From Spirochaetia bacterium (lineage in GTDB: Bacteria > Spirochaetota > Spirochaetia > UBA9216): DNA of 64,000 bases. Where the stretch lies: positions 4,704,001-4,768,000 of the forward strand of contig OY776510.1 of assembly GCA_963675665.1 (NCBI GenBank), written 5' to 3'. Under the pieces are notes generated by a model that had not been told where the DNA came from, did not search any database, and saw only the letters and a list, made by a program, of their open reading frames with translations. The first letter of the stretch is position 1, and each line of letters opens with the position of its first letter. The position numbers were made by a program, and so were the translations under genes. This document shows positions 47,338 to 56,597 of this stretch, piece by piece.

Positions 47338-48966
47338 ATGGAAATATCTAACAGGATGACGATCGGTTGCACCTGGAAGAAAAGCAGAGATTTGTATGCA
47401 AACCTGCCCTTCACCGCCTCGATTAGCGGTCGCAGCTTCACGTATAAAGAAGCCGGTACCGTAATTTCAGAATTATCATTAATTTTAAATAAAAACGGAA
47501 TCAGAAAAAACACAAAAGCGGCAATACTGAGCGAAAACCGCGCGGAATGGGGGCTTTGCTGGCTTGCAATCACTACAATGGGCGGTATTGCCGTTCCCAT
47601 TATGACTGATTTTGCCCCGGAACAAATTCTTAATATCCTTGAACACTCGGAAGCGGAATATATATTTATATCCGATAAATTGAAGTCCAGAATAACTGAT
47701 TCAGGACTTTATAAAGACGGAAGGTATATGGTTATTGACGACTCGCCGGTTTTTGATAAACCGGCCGAATCGGCTGAATCCCCCCCGGTGGATATAAGCA
47801 CGGTAAATGAACCTGACGATATTGCGGCGCTGATATATACTTCCGGCACTACCGGAACCTCAAAAGGCGTTCTGCTGTCGCATCTGAATATTCTTACCAA
47901 CGCCTATGATTCAACCGTTGTCGGAAAATTCAATGCCGGGGACGCGATGCTTTCCGTGCTGCCGCTTGCCCATATGTACGAATTCACACAGGGATTCATG
48001 CTTCCCATGATTGAAGGCGCCAACATCAGCTATCTCGGTTTAAAACCTTCTCCCACATTGATGCTTAAATCCATATCGGAAGTAAAACCTCACTACATTC
48101 TCAGTGTTCCTCTTCTGATAGAAAAAATTTACAAGAATTCTGTTCTCGGACCAATTACAAAAAGCGCTGTACTCAGCAAGGTATACCGTATTCCGTTGTT
48201 CAGAATAATACTTAACCGCCTGGTAATCGGCAGAAAGCTTCTGAGGACCTTCGGCGGAAGACTGAAGTTCTTCGGAATCGGCGGGGCACCTCTGTCCGAC
48301 ACAGTTGAGAAATTCCTTAGAGAGGCCCGTTTTCCTTATGCCGTAGGATACGGTTTAACAGAGACTTCTCCGGTGCTGGCCGGCTCAGGTTCGTTCCAGA
48401 CAATATTCAGAGGAATAGGCCCGGCCTTCCGCAGCGTAAAACTCAGGATATCAGACGAAGGTGAAGTACAGGCTGCCGGTCCGAGCATTATGAAAGGTTA
48501 TTACAAAGATGAAAAACGCACTGCTGAAGTTTTTACTGAAGACGGCTGGTTTAAAACCGGTGACCTCGGCAGAATTGATGCGCGGGGAAATCTTTATATC
48601 AACGGACGTCTGAAAAATCTTATTCTCGGTCCCGCCGGGGAGAACATCTATCCGGAAGAGATAGAGAACGAGCTGAAAGCCAACCCATTTGTCGAAGAAT
48701 GTCTTGTTCTTAAAAACAAGGCCGGCCTTGTAGCACGTGTCTTTTTTAATCAGGACAGACTTAACCAGTATATGGAAGAGCTCAAACTAAGTCTTGAAAA
48801 CAATCTTGAGAATTTCCAGGAAGCCAAGATTGAACTTCTTGAAACGCTCAGAAAGAGTATGAACAGAAAACTCAGCAATTTTTCAAAGCTTAACCGGATA
48901 ATTGAGCAGGAGCTCCCGTTTGAACTGACGCCTTCACTGAAGATAAAGCGGTTTCTTTATACCTAA
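47338..48966 (+). CDS. fadD: Long-chain fatty acid-CoA ligase
   Basis: YTSGTTG..KG, GYGLTET, GWFKTGDLG, GENIYPEEIE. Confidence 0.88.
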   Translation: MEISNRMTIGCTWKKSRDLYANLPFTASISGRSFTYKEAGTVISELSLILNKNGIRKNTKAAILSENRAEWGLCWLAITTMGGIAVPIMTDFAPEQILNILEHSEAEYIFISDKLKSRITDSGLYKDGRYMVIDDSPVFDKPAESAESPPVDISTVNEPDDIAALIYTSGTTGTSKGVLLSHLNILTNAYDSTVVGKFNAGDAMLSVLPLAHMYEFTQGFMLPMIEGANISYLGLKPSPTLMLKSISEVKPHYILSVPLLIEKIYKNSVLGPITKSAVLSKVYRIPLFRIILNRLVIGRKLLRTFGGRLKFFGIGGAPLSDTVEKFLREARFPYAVGYGLTETSPVLAGSGSFQTIFRGIGPAFRSVKLRISDEGEVQAAGPSIMKGYYKDEKRTAEVFTEDGWFKTGDLGRIDARGNLYINGRLKNLILGPAGENIYPEEIENELKANPFVEECLVLKNKAGLVARVFFNQDRLNQYMEELKLSLENNLENFQEAKIELLETLRKSMNRKLSNFSKLNRIIEQELPFELTPSLKIKRFLYT

Positions 48967-49025
48967 TCTATAGTCAACTTCTAAAAACTGCTGTTTTTAA
49001 AAGTACCCTGATATTAAAATTTGAT

Positions 49026-49064
49026 AAAAAAAAAGGGATGCCCTGGTTCAGGACAGCCCTTTTT
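49026..49064. terminator. Bidirectional intrinsic terminator between fadD and livF
   Basis: A9-GGGATGCCCTG-gtt-CAGGACAGCCC-T5. Confidence 0.75.
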
Positions 49065-49079
49065 ATTATATCAGCTTTA

Positions 49080-49787
49080 TTATATTCCCAGATAGGCTTT
49101 TCTGACTTCATCATCCTTGAGCAGATTTTCACATGTATCGGCCATTGTTATACGGCCGGTTTCCATTACATAACCTTTGTGCGCAATTTTCAACGCAAGG
49201 TTCGCATTCTGCTCCACCAGGAAAACTGTTGTTTTCTGTTCCGTGTTTATCTTCCTGATTATATCAAAGATCTGCTGAACAATAATCGGAGCCAGCCCGA
49301 GAGAAGGTTCGTCCAGCAGGAGGATTCGCGGTTTTGCCATCAGGGCCCGGCTGATTGCAAGCATCTGCTGCTCTCCGCCCGACAGCGTTCCGCCGCGCTG
49401 GTTTCGACGTTCCGATAATATCGGAAACAATTCAAAAACATACTCAATGTCACGTTTTATCTCTTCATCGTCGCGGCGGAGAAAAGCGCCCATATCGAGG
49501 TTTTCCGAGACTGTTAAATCCGGAAAAATCCGCCGGCCTTCCGGAACCTGAATAAGCCCCATGGGAACTATCTCGTCCGGGGCTTTGCCGGTTATATCCT
49601 TGCCGTTCAGATAGATTTTTCCGCTCCGTGGCGGGACAACGCCGCAAATGGACATCAGGGTCGTAGTTTTACCGGCGCCGTTCGCACCTATGAGGGTGAC
49701 AATCTCACCCTCGGCAACATCAATACTGATGCCTTTCAGGGCCTGTATATTTCCGTAATATGTTTCCAGGTTTTCAATTTTAAGCAT
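49080..49787 (-). CDS. livF: Branched-chain amino acid ABC ATPase
   Basis: GANGAGKT, LSGGEQQM, DEPSLGLAP, VEQNA. Confidence 0.93.
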   Translation of the reverse strand: MLKIENLETYYGNIQALKGISIDVAEGEIVTLIGANGAGKTTTLMSICGVVPPRSGKIYLNGKDITGKAPDEIVPMGLIQVPEGRRIFPDLTVSENLDMGAFLRRDDEEIKRDIEYVFELFPILSERRNQRGGTLSGGEQQMLAISRALMAKPRILLLDEPSLGLAPIIVQQIFDIIRKINTEQKTTVFLVEQNANLALKIAHKGYVMETGRITMADTCENLLKDDEVRKAYLGI

Positions 49788-50571
49788 CGGCGTCCTCCCC
49801 GAGATAGGCCTTGATAACTTCAGGGTTCTTTTTAATATCCGCAGGAACTCCCGCAGCAATAAGCTTTCCGTAGTCAACAACATAGATACGTTCGGAAAGA
49901 CTCATTACAAGGCTCATGTCATGCTCAATAAGAAGTATTGTTATATCCTCGGTATCGCGTATTCGAACGATAGTTTCGTCAAGTTCTCGTGTTTCATGAG
50001 GATTCATACCCGCCGCCGGTTCATCAAGCAGAAGAAGAAAGGGCTCTGTTGCCATTGCGCGGGCAATCTCAAGCCGGCGCTGCGCTCCGTACGGCAGATT
50101 CTTGGCCAGTTCATTTACAAAACCTTCAAGATTCAGTTTTTTCAGAATCTCGTAGCTGTCTTCGATTACCTGCTGTTCTTCCGCTTTTGTTCGTTTATCA
50201 CGGAGAATAGCGCCCATAACCCCTGCCCTCATCCGCGGATGCCGGCCTATCATGACATTCTCAAGAACCGTAAGGTTCTGGAACAGCCGGATATTCTGAA
50301 AGGTCCGGGCAAGTCCCCGCTCGGTAATCACATTCGGCTTCATGCCGTTTATCCGTTCAGATTTTCCTGTAGAAGGAGGACAGATAACGACATCGCCGGC
50401 AGTAGGTTTGTTGACCCCTGTGATACAGTTGAAAAATGTTGTTTTACCGGCACCGTTCGGTCCGATAAGAGCGACAATCTCGCCCTTGTTTATATAAAGA
50501 TCTACATCATTTACAGCCCGGAGGCCCCCGAAATCCATACGGAGTTTCTTTACATCAAGTATGGGAGTCAT
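49780..50571 (-). CDS. livG: Branched-chain amino acid ABC ATPase
   Basis: GPNGAGKT, RTFQNIRLF, LPYG.QRRLE, DEPAAG. Confidence 0.93.
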   Translation of the reverse strand: MTPILDVKKLRMDFGGLRAVNDVDLYINKGEIVALIGPNGAGKTTFFNCITGVNKPTAGDVVICPPSTGKSERINGMKPNVITERGLARTFQNIRLFQNLTVLENVMIGRHPRMRAGVMGAILRDKRTKAEEQQVIEDSYEILKKLNLEGFVNELAKNLPYGAQRRLEIARAMATEPFLLLLDEPAAGMNPHETRELDETIVRIRDTEDITILLIEHDMSLVMSLSERIYVVDYGKLIAAGVPADIKKNPEVIKAYLGEDADA

Positions 50572-51821
50572 TATTTACCCCCCTTTTTGAATTCATATTT
50601 TTGCCTTAACGCCGGGATCATTCCGTCCGGTTTGAAAACCATTACAAGAACAAGGACCGCTCCGAAAATGAGCATTCTCAGTTCGGAAAAAGCCCTGAGG
50701 TATTCCGGCAAGAGCGTAATTATCAGCGCCCCGGTAATTACGCCGGGAATGGATCCCATTCCGCCGAGAACAACCATGCACAATACCAGGATTGATTCCC
50801 ACATGGTAAAACTTGCCGGGTTTATAAATGTGGTCTTTCCGGCAAAAATAACGCCCGCAACGCCTGCCCAGAAAGTAGACAATGCGAAGGCTGCTAGCTT
50901 GGTCTTCCACATGTCGATTCCCATCGCCTCGCCTGCAATTTCATCCTCACGCATTGCAACCCAGGCCCGCCCGAGCCTTGAATCTTCCAGCCTGCGGACT
51001 ATAAAGATTGTAATAACAACAAAAGCAATAATTATATAATAGGTTAAATCGGTAGACTGCTGAATGCTGAAATCAAGTCCGAATATTGTCGGCCGGGGTA
51101 TATTTGCAATACCGCTCGGTCCAAAGCTTAATGCGTTCCAGTTTTCCATAACTATTCGGAAAATCTCTCCGAATGCCAGGGTTACAATAGCCAGATAATC
51201 ACCACGAAGCCTCAAGACGGGAATCGCAATCAGTACACCTATTATCATTGCAAACAATCCCCCCAGAGGGAGCGCTACCCAGAAATTCAAACCAAAATGA
51301 TAATTAAGTAAAGCATAGGTGTAAGCACCTACACCGTAGAAAACAATATAACCCAGAACAAGAAGCCCGCCGAGACCGACAATTATATTAAGCCCCAGGG
51401 CCAGCACAACATACAGCAAAGCCGTAATCATTATGCTTGTCTGGTACATTCCGGTAAATACCGGGAAAAGCAGCGCAACTGCCAGGACTACATAGCTGGC
51501 TGTGCGGGCAATTTTCGGATACTTGTCGAACCTTTCACGCAGGGTAAGTTTCGGCGCAACATCAGCCTCCCGTTCAGCCGCGGCGAGTCTGCCTTCCTTG
51601 CGGTCAATCATCAGTTTCCAGACATGGGAAAGGATAAAGCTTGCAATACCGACCACAAACATATTCATCCAGCGCCATTCAACTGTATCAGTTACAGTAT
51701 TAACCTTGATAACCATAATCGGGAAGGTCAGAAACATGAACCATACAGCCATAATAGCCGAACGTTTTACATCTTTAGGGGTAACCCACCGGCTTATGCC
51801 GGTTTTAACTGCATCAGACAT
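50571..51821 (-). CDS. livM: Branched-chain amino acid ABC permease
   Basis: LRLRGDYLAIVTL, GRAW.A.REDE, VVLGGMGS. Confidence 0.93.
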   Translation of the reverse strand: MSDAVKTGISRWVTPKDVKRSAIMAVWFMFLTFPIMVIKVNTVTDTVEWRWMNMFVVGIASFILSHVWKLMIDRKEGRLAAAEREADVAPKLTLRERFDKYPKIARTASYVVLAVALLFPVFTGMYQTSIMITALLYVVLALGLNIIVGLGGLLVLGYIVFYGVGAYTYALLNYHFGLNFWVALPLGGLFAMIIGVLIAIPVLRLRGDYLAIVTLAFGEIFRIVMENWNALSFGPSGIANIPRPTIFGLDFSIQQSTDLTYYIIIAFVVITIFIVRRLEDSRLGRAWVAMREDEIAGEAMGIDMWKTKLAAFALSTFWAGVAGVIFAGKTTFINPASFTMWESILVLCMVVLGGMGSIPGVITGALIITLLPEYLRAFSELRMLIFGAVLVLVMVFKPDGMIPALRQKYEFKKGGK

Positions 51822-51830
51822 ATTACCCTC

Positions 51831-52739
51831 CTAAACCTTTTTCCTCGTCGGTTTTCCAAGAAGCCCCGACGGTCTGAAGATCAGAATGATAATCAGAAAG
51901 ACAAATGCAAATACATCTTCGTAATCGCTGGAAATATAACCCGTACCGAAACTCTCGGTCAGGCCGAGCACAAAACTGCCGAGAACAGCGCCCGGTATTG
52001 ATCCGATACCTCCGAGAACTGCGGCTACAAACGCTTTTATACCGGCAATGAATCCGATATAAAAGTTAATCTGTCCCACATGCGAACTGATAAGGATTCC
52101 TCCTATTGCCGCGGTTGAAGAACCGATTAAAAATGTAAACATAATAACCTTGTTGATATTAATACCCACAAGCTGGGCCATGACTTTGTCCTGGGCGGTA
52201 GCGCGCATTGCCTTACCGATTCTTGTATAGCGTATCAGCAGGGTAAACAATACCATTACAACAGCTGTGGTAACCAGTATAATAAACTGGGTTGTATTCA
52301 TAATATTCTCGACAGGCCTTAAAAAGGCGAAGTCGGGGATCAATTCCGGAAACGGCTGAAAGTCTGATGTCTGGGCAAGCAGAACATAGTTCTGCAGAAA
52401 CATCGACATACCGATAGCGCTTATCAGCGCTGAAAGCCTGGGCGCCTTCCGAAGCGGTTTATAGGCTATCTTTTCCATCGTCACGCCGTAAGATGCGGAA
52501 TATACTACAGCAACAACTGCTGCAATCAAAAATATAAAAACCGGATCAAGCCCGGTAAAAGCAAGAGCTCCCGAAACAATAAGGGCTGTAAAAGCTCCAA
52601 TCATGTAAATTTCACCATGTGCGAAATTTATCAGCTGGATAATACCGTATACCATGGTATATCCGAGCGCTATTAATGCATAAATACTCCCTCTCGTCAG
52701 ACCTCCGAGAAAAAGTTCAATAAAATAAGTACTATTCAT
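51831..52739 (-). CDS. livH: Branched-chain amino acid ABC permease
   Basis: YALIALGYTMVYGI..LINFAHGE, AAVLGGIGS. Confidence 0.93.
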   Translation of the reverse strand: MNSTYFIELFLGGLTRGSIYALIALGYTMVYGIIQLINFAHGEIYMIGAFTALIVSGALAFTGLDPVFIFLIAAVVAVVYSASYGVTMEKIAYKPLRKAPRLSALISAIGMSMFLQNYVLLAQTSDFQPFPELIPDFAFLRPVENIMNTTQFIILVTTAVVMVLFTLLIRYTRIGKAMRATAQDKVMAQLVGININKVIMFTFLIGSSTAAIGGILISSHVGQINFYIGFIAGIKAFVAAVLGGIGSIPGAVLGSFVLGLTESFGTGYISSDYEDVFAFVFLIIILIFRPSGLLGKPTRKKV

Positions 52740-52802
52740 ATTCGAATAACTCCTCTACCTTGAGGCGTAATGTTGTTTCACTTTTATTAAATATACGAAA
52801 TA

Positions 52803-52827
52803 AGGGCTGCCCCTGAAGAGCAGCCCT
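52803..52827 (-). promoter_or_regulatory. Stem-loop immediately after livK
   Basis: AGGGCTGCTC...GGGCAGCCCT inverted repeat. Confidence 0.6.
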
Positions 52828-52833
52828 GTATAA

Positions 52834-53964
52834 CTACTGAATTTCCGCGTATGCGCCGTTCTGAACCTGGAATACGGAGAAACCTACACCGATTGCATCG
52901 CCTTTTTCATCAAAGCTGATGCTTCCGAGAGTTGTATCAACGTAATTGCTCTTCAGAGCCTTGCTGATTGCTTCATAATCAGTTGAACCTGCTTTCTCAA
53001 TTGCATTGAGAATAGCTGTTGTTGCAGCATATGCGTTCAGAAAGAATGCACCCGGATCTTCGCCGTACTTGTCCTGATGGGCTTTATTTGCCGCAATGGT
53101 AAGAGGTTTGGTAGAAGTGTCTTTCGGACCGGTTGCATATACGCCTTCGGCATATTCTCCGGCAACCTTTATAAAGGTATCGTCTTTTACACCGTCGTCG
53201 GAAATAAATACAGTATCCATTCCTTTCTTTCTCATCTGGCTTACCAGCTTGGAAGCTTCAGGATGATATCCGCCGAAAATAACCGCTTCGGCACCGGCGT
53301 TTTTAATCTTGTTAATAACTGCAGAATAGTCAACTGCGCCTACGGTTATTCCTTCATAAAGAACAACTTCAGCTTTGCCGTCTGCTTCAATCATTGCTTT
53401 TGCAAACTCTGCAAGGCCTTTTCCGTAGTCGCCCTTGTCATGAAGAACTGCAAGCTTGGTAAATCCGAGTGTTCCCGTGGCAAAATCAACCTCAAGTCTG
53501 GCCTGGGCATCATCCGGAGCAATTGTTCTGTAAAAATTGGGGTAATCTCCGCTCTGTGTAAGCGGCGGGTTTGTTGCCGACGGAGAAATGGTTACAATAT
53601 TGGAATCCTTGTAGATTCCAAGAGCAGCCTTTGTGGCGCCGGAACAGATATGACCGATAACCGCAACAACACCTTCACCGACAAGCTTGGCTGCAGTATT
53701 GGTTGCAACTTCAGGTTTACAGACATCGTCTTCAACTACAAGTTCAATCTGTCGTCCGAGGACACCGCCCTTGGCGTTCCATTCTGCAACAACAAGCTCT
53801 GCAGCTTTTACTGAAGGGATACCGTAAGATGCAAGGTCTCCGCTGTGTGCACCTGCAACACCAATTTTTATAGCTCCGGCTTCCTGGTCACCGTTTGCAA
53901 AAACGGGAAGAGCTACTGCCATTGCGATAATCGCAATCAGACAAAAAGTGACAATTCTTTTCAT
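52834..53964 (-). CDS. livK: Branched-chain amino acid-binding protein
   Basis: DDVCKP, GHICSG, SATNP, HDK.DYG.GLA, GGYH; SD GGAGG. Confidence 0.9.
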   Translation of the reverse strand: MKRIVTFCLIAIIAMAVALPVFANGDQEAGAIKIGVAGAHSGDLASYGIPSVKAAELVVAEWNAKGGVLGRQIELVVEDDVCKPEVATNTAAKLVGEGVVAVIGHICSGATKAALGIYKDSNIVTISPSATNPPLTQSGDYPNFYRTIAPDDAQARLEVDFATGTLGFTKLAVLHDKGDYGKGLAEFAKAMIEADGKAEVVLYEGITVGAVDYSAVINKIKNAGAEAVIFGGYHPEASKLVSQMRKKGMDTVFISDDGVKDDTFIKVAGEYAEGVYATGPKDTSTKPLTIAANKAHQDKYGEDPGAFFLNAYAATTAILNAIEKAGSTDYEAISKALKSNYVDTTLGSISFDEKGDAIGVGFSVFQVQNGAYAEIQ

Positions 53965-54142
53965 TATAAATGCCTCCATTTATTTTTTAGAATACACCTG
54001 CATTCTTAAATTGGATTAAATTTGTTTTACATGACGAACTTCATGTTTCAGGCATACTAAAATCGCATGTCCATTCAAAACAAGATATTATTTTAGCAGT
54101 AAATTTGGAGATGATCCATAAGATAATAAAATTTTCTATATA

Positions 54143-54463
54143 TTATTTTAGATAAAACACTTCGCGCAGCGGGATGCTTACGGGAGAAAAATCAGTGTTT
54201 GTCTCCATAATGTCGGACATATGCTTCCACCACTTCCGGACTACCGGATTATTACCCAGATCCTGGCTTCCCCCGTCTCCCCCGACCTTCTGGACGGCAA
54301 ATAATGTATCCGTTTCCTCGTCAATAAAGATTGAATAATCAGATACCCCGCTCTGCTTGAGCAGGGCTGAAAGCTCAGGCCAAATCTCATCATGGCGTCT
54401 TTTATATTCTTCTGACGCTCCTGGTTTTATCTTCATTTTAAAAGCAACTCTCTTCTGTTCCAT
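54143..54463 (-). CDS. rhaM: L-rhamnose mutarotase
   Basis: EEYKRRHDEIWPEL, DYSIF, WW..M.DIM. Confidence 0.93.
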   Translation of the reverse strand: MEQKRVAFKMKIKPGASEEYKRRHDEIWPELSALLKQSGVSDYSIFIDEETDTLFAVQKVGGDGGSQDLGNNPVVRKWWKHMSDIMETNTDFSPVSIPLREVFYLK

Positions 54464-54543
54464 ATTTATCAAATACCTTTCTTTTTTTCCGGGAAGTTTG
54501 AAAGTTCTATATTTCAAACTTCAGAGGCTAATTGAACTTTTGT

Positions 54544-55599
54544 TCAATTAGCCTCCGCCTGCTGACTGGCAAGTTTCCGTCTGCCCTTAATCGAATCAAG
54601 TATTCCGGGAAGAAGGACGGCCACTATCAGGAGCATTCCTGTTGTAATGATCATAACCTTGGCGGACAGCATCATCAACCCCATTCCGAACTTCAGATAA
54701 CCAATGAAGAATACAGCGAGAATAACGCCGAAAATATTGCCCTTTCCGCCGGTAATTGAAACGCCTCCCAGCACAACCAGCATTATCGCTTCAAGTTCAA
54801 ACCCTGTTGCAATATTCGGCCGCGTACTGCCTATCCGCGAAGTCAGAAGAACAGCGGAAATTCCGGCGAACAGTCCGTTCAGAATGAAATTAATCATTCT
54901 TATTCTGTTTACCCTGATCCCGGAAAACCTTGCAGCCGATTCTGAATTTCCTATTGCATACAGTTTGCGGCCGTAGGTAGTTTTATGAAGCACAAAGCCC
55001 ATTATAACTGCAAGAACTACAAAAAGCAGCAGCTCAAAAGGTATGACCGTGTCTCCGACATATCCCTGACCAAAATATGCAAATGATTCGGGGTAAACTG
55101 TGTAGGCATGATCTTCCAGCACGGCCTGCGAAATTCCCCGAAAAAGCGATGAAGTTGCAAGGGTGACCGCTATCGCAGGCATCCCGAACCGGGTTATGAA
55201 AAAACCGTTGAACGCTCCTGCTGTAATTCCGACTGCCAATCCTATCAAAACAATACTTGCAGTCTCTGCTCCGGCTGCCGATGCGTATCCCATTGCAAAT
55301 GAACAAAGAGCTATTATTGCAGCAACAGATATGTCGATATCACCCGACATAATTACAAATATCATCGGCAGGGCAAGGATGGCCTTCTCCATAAAGGTAA
55401 AAGTAGCGTTCATCATATTGAAATAATCCAGGAAATATTCAGACAAGTTCGTGAACAGAATTATTTCAAAAACAAACATCAGAACAAGAATTACTTCCCA
55501 CTGGACAAAAAGATTGCCCAGCCGCTCCTTAAAGCTTGCTTCCTGTAAAAGTCTTGTACTTTCCACAAGGCTGTTTTTTTCTTTCTGTCTATCACTCAT
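54544..55599 (-). CDS. rhaQ: Rhamnose ABC permease
   Basis: WE..L, IDISVA, ARFSGI.V, RIGSTRPNIA, VVLGGV. Confidence 0.85.
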   Translation of the reverse strand: MSDRQKEKNSLVESTRLLQEASFKERLGNLFVQWEVILVLMFVFEIILFTNLSEYFLDYFNMMNATFTFMEKAILALPMIFVIMSGDIDISVAAIIALCSFAMGYASAAGAETASIVLIGLAVGITAGAFNGFFITRFGMPAIAVTLATSSLFRGISQAVLEDHAYTVYPESFAYFGQGYVGDTVIPFELLLFVVLAVIMGFVLHKTTYGRKLYAIGNSESAARFSGIRVNRIRMINFILNGLFAGISAVLLTSRIGSTRPNIATGFELEAIMLVVLGGVSITGGKGNIFGVILAVFFIGYLKFGMGLMMLSAKVMIITTGMLLIVAVLLPGILDSIKGRRKLASQQAEAN

Positions 55600-56597
55600 C
55601 AGCTGCATCTCCTCTTTACAGCGGCTTTTTCCTGTTGTTTGTTCATAATCGTATTAATAAACATTGCCGCCAGAACAACTACTCCCTGGATAAACATTTG
55701 AAAAAACGGCGATATATTCACTACAGGAAGGGCATTGTTGATAATCCCCAGAAACAGCGCCCCCAGAACCACCCCGGGAATTCCGCCGGAACCGCCCGCT
55801 ATATTAACCCCGCCGAGTACGCATGCTGCAACTGTCTGAAGCTCAAACCCGGTTGCTGTCTCATTAACAGCAGCCGCGTAACGCGCCGTCCACATTACCC
55901 CGGCAAGACCGCATAACAGTCCGCTCAAGGTAAAAATCAGCATATGAACTTTCTTTTCACTTACACCGACAAAACGCGCTGCGGTTTTATTTCCGCCTAT
56001 GGCGTAGACTTCGCGGCCTGAACGTGTGTAACGGCTGAAGTAATAAGTAAGCACAGCAACAATAACTGCTGCCCAGATGAGATTTGTAATCGCCAGAAAA
56101 TGTCCATGCGGCAAATTCATATACTTCTCGGACATTTCATGGGCAGTAACCCATTGTCCCCGGCTTAAAACAAAGGTAAAACCCCTGTAGATACTCATGG
56201 TTCCGAGCGTTGTGATTATCGGCGGTACCTTACCATAGGTTACAAATATCCCGTTTATTGCTCCAAGCACTGTTCCGATAGCAAGTCCGGCAAGAAGTAC
56301 TATAAAAATCGGAAGCTCCGGGTTGTACTGGTTCATCATTGAAGCAGCCATACCCGAAAATGCAATTGTCGAACCGACTGAAAGATCAATTCCGCCTGTA
56401 AGTATGACGAAAAACTGACCGATTGCTACTATTATCAGTATGGAGGTATCATTAATAATCCTTGACAGATTTTCCAACTTTATAAATCCCGGTGCACGGG
56501 AAGTAACTATTGCCGTCAGAACTACTATCAAAACGATCAGCGTAGCTTCCCTCTTCTGAATTAATTCCTTAACAGCTTTTGATGATTGTATTTTCAT
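55599..56597 (-). CDS. rhaP: Rhamnose ABC permease
   Basis: IDLSVGS, TLGTMSIYRG, W.AH, GFELQTVAACVLGG. Confidence 0.85.
   Translation of the reverse strand: MKIQSSKAVKELIQKREATLIVLIVVLTAIVTSRAPGFIKLENLSRIINDTSILIIVAIGQFFVILTGGIDLSVGSTIAFSGMAASMMNQYNPELPIFIVLLAGLAIGTVLGAINGIFVTYGKVPPIITTLGTMSIYRGFTFVLSRGQWVTAHEMSEKYMNLPHGHFLAITNLIWAAVIVAVLTYYFSRYTRSGREVYAIGGNKTAARFVGVSEKKVHMLIFTLSGLLCGLAGVMWTARYAAAVNETATGFELQTVAACVLGGVNIAGGSGGIPGVVLGALFLGIINNALPVVNISPFFQMFIQGVVVLAAMFINTIMNKQQEKAAVKRRCS

Noticed and set aside
49921-51039. 372-aa plus-strand ORF
   Set aside because: Antisense shadow of livG/livM; no motifs or RBS. The same applies to 53077-53814, 31743-32444, 57116-57766 and 21505-22062.
53965-54142. 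Leu/Ile/Val leader peptide or T-box upstream of livK
   Set aside because: No run of regulatory codons, no terminator and no T-box motif found.
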